From the NCBI GenBank assembly GCA_965222115.1, contig CBDCTJ010000001.1:64001-128000 (forward strand): a DNA stretch of 64,000 bases, written 5' to 3'. The stretch is from Planctomycetota bacterium (lineage in GTDB: Bacteria > Planctomycetota > PLA2 > JAEUHO01). The notes beneath the pieces were generated by a model. The model was not told the DNA's origin. It searched no databases and saw only the letters and a list, made by a program, of their open reading frames with translations. A program made the position numbers and the translations under genes. How positions within the stretch are numbered: position 1 is the stretch's first letter; every line of letters begins with the position of its first letter. Shown here piece by piece: positions 1 through 7,828 of the stretch.

Positions 1-1
1 A

Positions 2-2221
2 CGTGTTCAGGATCGTTTCGGATCTGGGCTCACGCCGAGCTATCCGACGGTCACCATCCAGCACGATAAGACGGGTCGCGTCACGGAGATCAAAGACCCG
101 CTCAACAATAAGACGACCTACACGTACGACGCCGCGGGACGTCAGGTCAAAGTGAAGGACGCAATCGGAAATGAAACCGAGTGGATCCTCGATGCGCGCG
201 GAAAAGCCACCAAGATCAAGCGCAAGGACATTCCTACGGCAGGTGGATCCGAGACTTTTGAAACTGAGTTTGTCTATGATGCTCTGGGCCGCCTCACGTC
301 CAAGCGCGAGATCGACCGGCTCAACGCTTCGAACATTTTGACAACGAATTTTTCGTATGACAGTCGCGGAAATTTGACCTTCCGCGTAGATGCCGAAGGG
401 AGTCCTGTTCGCTGGACCTACGATCTCGCAAATCGCCAAACGAGTTATGAGCGCGCGCTTGCCACTGGCACGTCGATTGACGATTTCACAAATAGCATTC
501 TTGAGACAGCGAGCTTTGACGCCGCGGGCCGTTTGACGTCGGTGACTGACGACAATCTGAACACGACGTCGTACTCTTACGATGCCCTCTCGCGCGTATT
601 CAAGACGACCTTTGCCGACACGAAGTTCGTGACCCGAACTTTCGATAAGAACGATCGCGTCAAGACGTGGACGGATCAGAACGGCTCTGTGGTGACGAAC
701 ACGTATGACGCCCTCAGTCGCTTGACCTCGCGCGCGGTCAATCGTGCCACCGGTGTCTTGGGAACGACGTCAGAGACCTATTCTTACGATGCGCTAAACC
801 GCATGCTCACCGCGAAAGACAATGACTATGAGGCGCAGTTCACGTATGACAGCGTAGGCAACGAGCTGAAGGAGACGCAGGGCTACACAGTGACAGGGCA
901 AGAGAAGTGGCGCACGGTCACTTCGACGTATACCGACGCGGGTTCGCGCAGCGCGATTCAATATCCCAGTGCCTTCAGTGTGCTTCACCAACGCGACGCC
1001 ATCTACCGCATGACGGCAATGGTGGATTCCGCAGCCTCCACCAACATCGCAAGTTTCACGTTCCAGGGCGCAGGCCGCTTGGCCAAGACGACCAACCAAA
1101 ACTCGACCACGACAGATCACGGGTACGACGGCTTTGCGCGTCTCTCGCAGCTCGATCACAAGAACGGATCTTCTCAGAGTTTCCACACATTCGACTACTT
1201 GTATGACAAAGCCCACAACCGTCGGATGGAGAAGAACTCGTTCAACTCCACTTGGATCAACTCGTTGCCGACCGGGATCCAACCATTTCTGAACGCTCGA
1301 AACGGCAAGGGCGATGTCTATGCCTACGACATGGCCTACCGCATGGTGGACACGCGCTACGACGTGACCAATCCCGCGACGGAAGTGGCCACGCCGGGTT
1401 CGCAGACCTACGTCACCAAGCAAGTCTATACGCTTGATGGCCTCGGCAACCGCAGCCAGACGCAGCAGACCCCATGGGGCGGCTCGGCCACAACGGTTAG
1501 CTATTCGTTCAACGCGATGAACGAATACACGGCGATCGGCGGCACCTCCCGCACGCACGATAGCAACGGCAATCTGACGGACGACGGCTCGCAGACCTAC
1601 CACTACGATTACAAGAATCGTTTGGTCGAGGTGCGGGTCAGCGGATCGAGCACAGTTGTAGCGAAGTACAAGTACGACGCGCTTGGGCGGCGGGTTGAAA
1701 AGCACGTCGTTTCCGGCGCGGTCATGACGCGCTACATCCTTGATGGCCAGGACATCGTCGAGGAGTTTGACGGGAACAACACGTGGCTCGCGCGCTACTT
1801 CCATGAGGATCGCATTGACCATCCGAGGGCGATGGACCGGGCGGATATTTCAGACGTGGATGGCGATAGCAACACGGCAGAGATTCTGAGGTTCACTTAT
1901 CACCAGAACGCGCTTGGGAATGTGAGCGAAATTTCAGCGCCCGGTGGCGGAGTAGTTGAATGGGTGACGTATGACGTCTACGGGAAGGCGACCGCTCGAA
2001 ACTCGGCGGGAACCACACAGGGGTCGAGTTACGTGGGCAATCCGTTCCTGTTTACGGGACGGGAGTTCGACGCCGAGTCGGGGATGTATCACTATCGTGC
2101 AAGGGCATATGACCCCGAGGCGGGGAGGTTCTTGCAGAGAGATCCACTAGAGTTTGCGGACGGTGCAAACTTCTATGATTATGCTGCTGGAAGTCCCTCG
2201 ACAAATTCAGACCCCTTTGGT
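2..2221 (+). repeat. Rhs core duplication, partner at 38213-40432
   Basis: Same offset of 38211 at base 2 (cgtgttcagga) and at the DPxG codon (2210 vs 40421); differences mostly at third codon positions. Confidence 0.95.
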
Positions 2222-3040
2222 CTTGAGTCTTGGGACGAGTGGCGTCGGCGACACTATGGGAAGGTGATGAAGTGGAAGTCGGCTTCCGAGAGCAATCTAT
2301 CGGCGGCTATAAATGGTGCTTATGCCATACTGTACATGGCCGCCGGAGGTGTGGGCGGCGCGATGGGAGACAGTGGTGACACGATTGCAGATACTCTGCT
2401 CGACGGAACCGTGGCGGGAATCAATGCGGTATCGACGACCTTGTCGGAAGTCATAGGTAGAGAACTCGGCCGGACTCACACTGCCGCCGCGGTGTCGCGC
2501 TTTGCGGGGCAACAGTACTCGACATTTATCCGAGGCATGTCTTCTCGTCTTGGCGTCGTTGCCCGGCATGGGGCAAGCATTGGACGCGTGGCTCAAGCTG
2601 TCAGTAGAGTTTACCCCAAAGGTGGAAGTCTTAAGGGTAGTTTGGGAAGGGCCGGAGCCGGCGCGGCAGCGGGACTTCTAGCAGAGCGCCACATGGCTGG
2701 TAGGAGTAGGAGAAAATTGAAAGGGCTCGTCAAGAGTTGGACGAAGAAAATTGAGACGTTCAGATTTGCTGAACTGGCGCGCATCGAGAAACACGCCAGT
2801 CAGCTGATGGATCTTATTGATCAGATCTACAATAGGGGCCGTGGGCCAGGTCGGAGGCTAGAATGCAAGTATCGTGATGGTAAACCTGAACTTGATTGGC
2901 CACCTTGGACCTATACGCCTGAGGAGGTACTCGGCAAAGCGGGTGGAGAGAAAGCCGCCAGGAAACTCATTGAGAGTGCGCGTGAGGCGGGGTGGGGGCA
3001 ACCGGGAGGGCCTGGTGGGAATGCGAGCGGAGGAAAGTGA
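2..3040 (+). CDS. Rhs/YD-repeat polymorphic toxin (5'-partial), copy 1, with Gly/Ala-rich C-terminal tip
   Basis: Frame open from base 2 (RVQDRFGSGLTPSYPT...); many YD repeats; Rhs core NPFLFTGREFDAESGMYHYRARAYDPEAGRFLQRDP; DPFG at 2210-2221; colinear with 38213-40432. Confidence 0.95.
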   Translation, partial: RVQDRFGSGLTPSYPTVTIQHDKTGRVTEIKDPLNNKTTYTYDAAGRQVKVKDAIGNETEWILDARGKATKIKRKDIPTAGGSETFETEFVYDALGRLTSKREIDRLNASNILTTNFSYDSRGNLTFRVDAEGSPVRWTYDLANRQTSYERALATGTSIDDFTNSILETASFDAAGRLTSVTDDNLNTTSYSYDALSRVFKTTFADTKFVTRTFDKNDRVKTWTDQNGSVVTNTYDALSRLTSRAVNRATGVLGTTSETYSYDALNRMLTAKDNDYEAQFTYDSVGNELKETQGYTVTGQEKWRTVTSTYTDAGSRSAIQYPSAFSVLHQRDAIYRMTAMVDSAASTNIASFTFQGAGRLAKTTNQNSTTTDHGYDGFARLSQLDHKNGSSQSFHTFDYLYDKAHNRRMEKNSFNSTWINSLPTGIQPFLNARNGKGDVYAYDMAYRMVDTRYDVTNPATEVATPGSQTYVTKQVYTLDGLGNRSQTQQTPWGGSATTVSYSFNAMNEYTAIGGTSRTHDSNGNLTDDGSQTYHYDYKNRLVEVRVSGSSTVVAKYKYDALGRRVEKHVVSGAVMTRYILDGQDIVEEFDGNNTWLARYFHEDRIDHPRAMDRADISDVDGDSNTAEILRFTYHQNALGNVSEISAPGGGVVEWVTYDVYGKATARNSAGTTQGSSYVGNPFLFTGREFDAESGMYHYRARAYDPEAGRFLQRDPLEFADGANFYDYAAGSPSTNSDPFGLESWDEWRRRHYGKVMKWKSASESNLSAAINGAYAILYMAAGGVGGAMGDSGDTIADTLLDGTVAGINAVSTTLSEVIGRELGRTHTAAAVSRFAGQQYSTFIRGMSSRLGVVARHGASIGRVAQAVSRVYPKGGSLKGSLGRAGAGAAAGLLAERHMAGRSRRKLKGLVKSWTKKIETFRFAELARIEKHASQLMDLIDQIYNRGRGPGRRLECKYRDGKPELDWPPWTYTPEEVLGKAGGEKAARKLIESAREAGWGQPGGPGGNASGGK

Positions 3041-3300
3041 GCGATCCTGAGCATAAAGAACGTCGTGTAGGCATCGACGACATCTATAGGCGCGGTAGAA
3101 AATCGACCTGGGATACCCCTAGTAGCTGGCTGATTTTCGCGGCATTCGCGATACTTTTGTCCACAACAATAGTTGAGAGGGCCATCGCGCCAGCCAATGG
3201 TTGCCTTCGCCGCCTCCTGGACGCGGCGACCCTCCTGGGATACGTCCTTTGGATTGGGGCATTTTACCGGAGATGGCGTAATGAACGGCATGATAATTAG
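3037..3300 (+). CDS. Putative immunity protein for Rhs copy 1 (87 aa, two hydrophobic helices)
   Basis: GTG start overlaps the toxin stop (GTGA at 3037-3040); hydrophobic segments WLIFAAFAILLSTTIV and AATLLGYVLWIGAFY. Confidence 0.7.
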   Translation: MSDPEHKERRVGIDDIYRRGRKSTWDTPSSWLIFAAFAILLSTTIVERAIAPANGCLRRLLDAATLLGYVLWIGAFYRRWRNERHDN

Positions 3301-3322
3301 ATAATTAATAGTGAGCGTTCAG

Positions 3323-3470
3323 GATACTGAGGTGCCTCGTTTTCTCCCACCAACTTCGTGACTTTCGACTTTCGTACGCACCGCCGAGTACGTTCCGTGT
3401 AATTCACCGGTGCGACCCGCCCCGAAGATTGACGACCGTGGAGACAAAGAGCCAGTTTGCGGCCCAATCT
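3323..3470. repeat. Conserved imperfect-hairpin element downstream of Rhs cassette 1 (partner 42344-42480)
   Basis: TTTTCTCCCACCAACTTCGTGACTTTCG...CCGAGTACGTTCCG...ATTCACCGGTGCGACCCG...GTGGAGA is shared by both copies. Confidence 0.85.
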
Positions 3471-3528
3471 CTCCTTTGACATCTTCAAGAGTGTCGAGCA
3501 CATCGCCTTGTCACGGTAAACTAAAGAA

Positions 3529-4014
3529 ATGCCCGGTCGCCCACTACCGCACCGCCTGCGTCGACTGATATGGACGGCTTGTATTCCCGCAGCAGTTGCC
3601 GCGATCATCATGTCTATTGAGTTCGTAAGCAACAAGCAGCGCGCGTTGCCAAAACCATTTACATGGATTCGACCTCACGTGGAGGCGCCAGCATTGGCAA
3701 TAAAGCCAATCGACAACACGTTGCTCCATCTCATGGAACGGATGCACCCGTATCCAGCCCGGGCGGCTACGCCTAGAAACCAGCAACTATCCGCACCGAC
3801 CATCCCACCCCTACGCGCCTTCGCCGTCTCCATGTGGATACACGGTGATTCTGGAACTACGCTGACTCTTCGCTGCAAAGATCCAGCCCACGACATCGCC
3901 TATTGCATTGGCACTGACAACCCTGATCGAGACGTGAAGTTGGTACGAGCGGATGTGGACGACAAACTTGCGCGGTTTACTGTCCGTCGCGGCAATGAGC
4001 AGCACACGTTATAA
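3529..4014 (+). CDS. Single-pass membrane protein; C-terminus resembles a GspC/PilP HR-type domain
   Basis: N-terminal TM (LIWTACIPAAVAAIIMSIEFV), Pro-rich linker, C-terminal YCIG...VKLVRADVDDKLARFTVRRGNEQHTL; truncated paralog at 42674 supports coding. Confidence 0.65.
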   Translation: MPGRPLPHRLRRLIWTACIPAAVAAIIMSIEFVSNKQRALPKPFTWIRPHVEAPALAIKPIDNTLLHLMERMHPYPARAATPRNQQLSAPTIPPLRAFAVSMWIHGDSGTTLTLRCKDPAHDIAYCIGTDNPDRDVKLVRADVDDKLARFTVRRGNEQHTL

Positions 4015-4077
4015 GTTCAATCGCAGCCGCGAATTTCACAGCAGCGTGATTCGTTTTAGTCCGCCAATCCCCCCCAC

Positions 4078-5121
4078 CTACCAAGTCATCTCAATCTCCT
4101 CCCACCACGCCTCAAGCGCCTGCGGATCAAGCTTCATCGCCGCTTCGAATCTTGTGCCCTCAGGCAAAGGAACGAGTCTGGCGAGCGTCTTCCCGATGGA
4201 ATCACGGATTGCCGGCTTAACGCGAGGCAGTACCTGATAGAGCGACAACGAATCTTGTGGCCGCGCCTTCGATGCCATGTCACCGAGCGAGTCGACGTCT
4301 CCCGCAATCAACGCCAAAACGCGTTTTCGAAGGTCAGGATTCGCGTCGTCAAACCAAGCGATGCCAGGACCATCGCGTTTTGAACTCGTGCACGACGCGC
4401 CCGCCGGAACATGCACGTGCCACGAGCTGTTCTCCAGCGATACGGACCCGGCGGTTACACGCAAATGGCTGCGCCCCTCGTCGTCCACTTCCAATTCGTA
4501 GGCACACCCCAAGTCCACCGCCCTTGCACTCGGCGTATCCACCACAAATAGCCGCGGCGGGGCATTGACTACGGCGCTCAACTTGCCGCGCGCAAGTTCC
4601 ACGCGGTGCGCGGCATTGTGCGACTCGACAATGCGAAGTCGGGAGTGCTCATGCACACTCAATTCACCGATATCGGCGACTTCCAATCGCACCCGTTCGC
4701 GGTCGCCTGTCTCTAACCAAGTTCCTAGCGGCAAATGTCCCGGCACATTCTGGCCTTCATTGACCATCGACCATTCATGTCGCGATCCTTCGTGGGACAC
4801 ACTCGTGGCGCCGGGTGCCGATGTGGATGCACCGTGTCGACTTTGTTCGATCATCCATACGGTGAGTCCAACCGCTGACAGGACCGTGGCTGCGACGGCC
4901 ACTACGCGTGGCCACACCGTGGAGGACGTTGCATTGGACGGAATCGCTCCTTCCTCGGCCAATGGTCGCAGTGCACGTTCCAAACTGACTATCTCCTCGT
5001 CTGGACTTGCTTGTGGATTCCACAAGTAGTCGTGCTCGGCGCCGTCCAGCGACTCAAGTCGCTTTCGTTCGTCTTCGCTGAGGGTTTCGTCCCACGACGA
5101 ATTCGATTTGGATGTCGTCAT
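4078..5121 (-). CDS. FecR-domain anti-sigma factor
   Basis: ATGA overlap with sigma stop; DYLWN motif, one TM, FecR-like LETG...SRLRIV...VELARG...FVVDTPSARAVDLG. Confidence 0.85.
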   Translation of the reverse strand: MTTSKSNSSWDETLSEDERKRLESLDGAEHDYLWNPQASPDEEIVSLERALRPLAEEGAIPSNATSSTVWPRVVAVAATVLSAVGLTVWMIEQSRHGASTSAPGATSVSHEGSRHEWSMVNEGQNVPGHLPLGTWLETGDRERVRLEVADIGELSVHEHSRLRIVESHNAAHRVELARGKLSAVVNAPPRLFVVDTPSARAVDLGCAYELEVDDEGRSHLRVTAGSVSLENSSWHVHVPAGASCTSSKRDGPGIAWFDDANPDLRKRVLALIAGDVDSLGDMASKARPQDSLSLYQVLPRVKPAIRDSIGKTLARLVPLPEGTRFEAAMKLDPQALEAWWEEIEMTW

Positions 5122-5636
5122 GCGCGCTCCTGATCTACGCCGAGTGCATGGCGCAACTTCTTTAGGCCTCGATGCAGGTTGACGCGCACCGAACCGGGTG
5201 TCATGTCCAATCGCTCTGCGATCTCCGGACCGCTCATTCCGCAAACAAGTCGCATCAAGAGCGGTTCGCGAAATGCATCGGGCAGCGCTCGAATCGCGTT
5301 CAAGACTTCGCGAGCCTCGGCGAACGGCACGAAACGCGACGCAACGTCGGGCAATGCTGTTGATGCATCTCGCGTGCGACCACGAAGCGCATCGGTGGCG
5401 CGATTTCGTGCAATGGTCATCAGCCAGCCCGAAAACGCTCGGTCATCGCGCAACGTGCCAAGCCGCGCCAGTGCTTTGGTGAACACGTCTTGCATAAGAT
5501 CGTCTACGTCTCTCACCGGTGCGCGTGCGAGGAGCACCGCCCGCACAGCCAGTTTGTGATTCTGGTAGAGCGTCCCCCAGGCCGCGGAACTACCCGCCCG
5601 TGCGGCTGCCACGAGCGACGTCGTGACGTGGCGCAT
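5118..5636 (-). CDS. ECF-type RNA polymerase sigma-70 factor
   Basis: Region 2 DDLMQDVF...FSGWLMTIARNRATD; region 4 LPDAFREPLLMR...GPEIAERLDMTPGSVRVNLHRG; start approximate. Confidence 0.92.
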   Translation of the reverse strand: MRHVTTSLVAAARAGSSAAWGTLYQNHKLAVRAVLLARAPVRDVDDLMQDVFTKALARLGTLRDDRAFSGWLMTIARNRATDALRGRTRDASTALPDVASRFVPFAEAREVLNAIRALPDAFREPLLMRLVCGMSGPEIAERLDMTPGSVRVNLHRGLKKLRHALGVDQERA

Positions 5637-5743
5637 CGAGTGCGTGGCTCCGGACCCATTGGACAACGTGTTGCTCCTTGCCCTACCAGACGCGCGGCGC
5701 GCTGTAGCGTTATCCGCTGCGCGCCAAAATCCGGATCGATTGG

Positions 5744-6187
5744 CTATTCGAGCGCTTCGTCCCACGAAACGCTGCGTTCGCAATAGGCGCATCGAAAGGT
5801 GTAGGGAAACTCACCAATCCGCTTAAATCGAGACGCCACCTCTTCGGTCCGCGTAATACACGTCGGATTTCCGCAGCGAATAACCCCGAGCAGTTCGGGC
5901 GGCACCGTGAGCACGTTCTTATGCACAACCTTGCCCGACGCTACCTGGGAAACGGTGATTTCGCGGCCGAGCAGCGCAAGACGATCCAACTCGGCGCGCT
6001 CAAGAATCATGCCCTCCACGCGCACAATGTCTTTGCGACCGCGCGTAGGACTGGGGACGTTTATGCCCACCGTGATGGGACCTTCCCTTGGCAACGATAA
6101 CAACGTCAATGCGCGCGGCGCCGTTCCTACGGGTAGGTGATCGATGACTGTGCCATCGAAGAGTCGGAAGTCGGGCGTGCGCGTCAT
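5744..6187 (-). CDS. pyrI: Aspartate carbamoyltransferase regulatory chain
   Basis: DGTVIDHLP, G-RKDIV, zinc Cys motifs CGNPTCIT and CAYCE; coupled to pyrB. Confidence 0.93.
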   Translation of the reverse strand: MTRTPDFRLFDGTVIDHLPVGTAPRALTLLSLPREGPITVGINVPSPTRGRKDIVRVEGMILERAELDRLALLGREITVSQVASGKVVHKNVLTVPPELLGVIRCGNPTCITRTEEVASRFKRIGEFPYTFRCAYCERSVSWDEALE

Positions 6188-7179
6188 GCTGCCCCTCCCG
6201 GTGATGTGCCCCCGAGAATCAAGTGAAGCAATGCCATGCGCACCGTTACGCCATTGCGACTCTGCTCGAAATACAGGGCGCCGGGATGATCATCCACATC
6301 GCGAGACACTTCATTTACGCGCGGCAACGGATGCAAAATCTTTAGGCCGGGTCCAAAGCGCTCGAGGGCGTCACGATCTACCCGATACGCATGACGAATG
6401 CGTTCATAGTCTACGGGGTCAGGGAAACGCTCTTCTTGAATGCGCGTAACGTAGAGCACATCCAAGTCACCCACGTCATCCAGTGATTCAACTTCGCATG
6501 CAAGCCGACCCGAGTCTGCAACCCGTTGGCGCAACTCGGAAGGAAGTCGCAACTGCGGCGGCCCCACGAACTTGAGCTCCACATCAAATTCGGAGAGTGC
6601 GGTGGCCAAGCTATGAACGGTGCGGCCGTATCGAAGGTCGCCCATAAAGCCAACGCGTAACCCGTCGAGCTTCTCTGTGGCTTCGCGAATCGTGTAGAGA
6701 TCAAGCAGCGTCTGCGTGGGATGTTGATTACTGCCGTCGCCGCCATTGATGACGGGAATCGAAGCTACCTCAGCGGCCAACCGAGCGGCTCCCTCTCTAG
6801 GGTGGCGCAATACAATGGCGTCGCAATAGCCCTCGACGACGCGGATGGTGTCCATGAGAGACTCGCCCTTGGAAAAGGACGACATGCGTGCATCGGCGAA
6901 ACCCAACACGTTGCCGCCCAATCGCAACATGGCGCTTTCGAAGGAGAGGCGCGTGCGGGTAGACGGCTCGAAAAAGAGCATGCCGAGTACACGTCCACGA
7001 AGGAGGCCACCCACATGGTGCCAATCAAGGCCATTCGCATCGGAGTTAACGCCTTCTGGGTTGGGCGCAAACGCGCGGGCGGTGTCCAATACCGCGAGCA
7101 ACTCGTTCTTTCGAACGTCTTCAGCGGAAATCAAGCTCCGTCCACGAAACGAAGCGGCGGCGACGTCGCCGTCGGGCAT
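6184..7179 (-). CDS. pyrB: Aspartate carbamoyltransferase catalytic chain
   Basis: FFEPSTRTRLSFE, SKGESL, HPTQTLLD, GDLRYGRTVHSL, TRIQEER, HPLPR. Confidence 0.97.
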   Translation of the reverse strand: MPDGDVAAASFRGRSLISAEDVRKNELLAVLDTARAFAPNPEGVNSDANGLDWHHVGGLLRGRVLGMLFFEPSTRTRLSFESAMLRLGGNVLGFADARMSSFSKGESLMDTIRVVEGYCDAIVLRHPREGAARLAAEVASIPVINGGDGSNQHPTQTLLDLYTIREATEKLDGLRVGFMGDLRYGRTVHSLATALSEFDVELKFVGPPQLRLPSELRQRVADSGRLACEVESLDDVGDLDVLYVTRIQEERFPDPVDYERIRHAYRVDRDALERFGPGLKILHPLPRVNEVSRDVDDHPGALYFEQSRNGVTVRMALLHLILGGTSPGGAA

Positions 7180-7326
7180 GCGTGCTCCCGGTGCTAGGGC
7201 GCGAGGAGTGTAGCCGCCACCCCTCCCGAAACAAGCCCGGCGCCCAAACAATCAGTTGGATGAGAGACTTCGGCTCTGCGGATTGTTGGGTGATAATAAA
7301 GGGGTCGAACCGACGACGGAGAGCCC

Positions 7327-7770
7327 GTGTTCCTTTTCTCGTTCCCCCACCGAGTTGCCCGCCGCGGGATCGCAAGCGCCGTCCTCCTGGTCACGGCGAG
7401 TCTTGTAGGCGCCTGCGCAAGCGACTTCACGCTTGAAAATCGCGAAGTGCCGATTCACGTCTGGCTGAGTGCGCCGGGCTTTGCCAACGATGGCGGATCC
7501 ATGCATGCGCGCATTTACGTCGACCGATCGCGCTCCGTAGACGACGTGGTTCGTTTTCCCAAGGGCTCCCCCACCGTCAACCTTCCGTCCGTCTACTTGC
7601 GCACCGGTCCCAAAACGGTGACCGCCGAGTTCGGACGCGGGCAGATTCGCGTACAGAAACAAGTCGAAGTCGAGGGTGAGTGCTGGATTCAGATCACGGT
7701 CGCCGGGCAGGAAGCCAGCATCTTAATGTTCGACGAACAACCCTCGCCTTGGGGAACGCTCGAGCGGTGA
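7327..7770 (+). CDS. Putative lipoprotein, unknown function
   Basis: Signal peptide with lipobox LVGA-C; beta-rich mature part. Confidence 0.7.
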   Translation: MFLFSFPHRVARRGIASAVLLVTASLVGACASDFTLENREVPIHVWLSAPGFANDGGSMHARIYVDRSRSVDDVVRFPKGSPTVNLPSVYLRTGPKTVTAEFGRGQIRVQKQVEVEGECWIQITVAGQEASILMFDEQPSPWGTLER

Positions 7771-7828
7771 ACGACTTTCTGGGCGTAATGCCGGGGTTCT
7801 CGAGGTCGTTCACGGGCATAATGCCCGC

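Noticed and set aside
2-2221. Rhs duplication as an assembly artifact
   Set aside because: The copies differ at many synonymous positions and have different tips and immunity genes
3323-3470. Integron attC site
   Set aside because: Hairpin-like, but no RYYYAAC/GTTRRRY boxes at the ends and no integrase in the window
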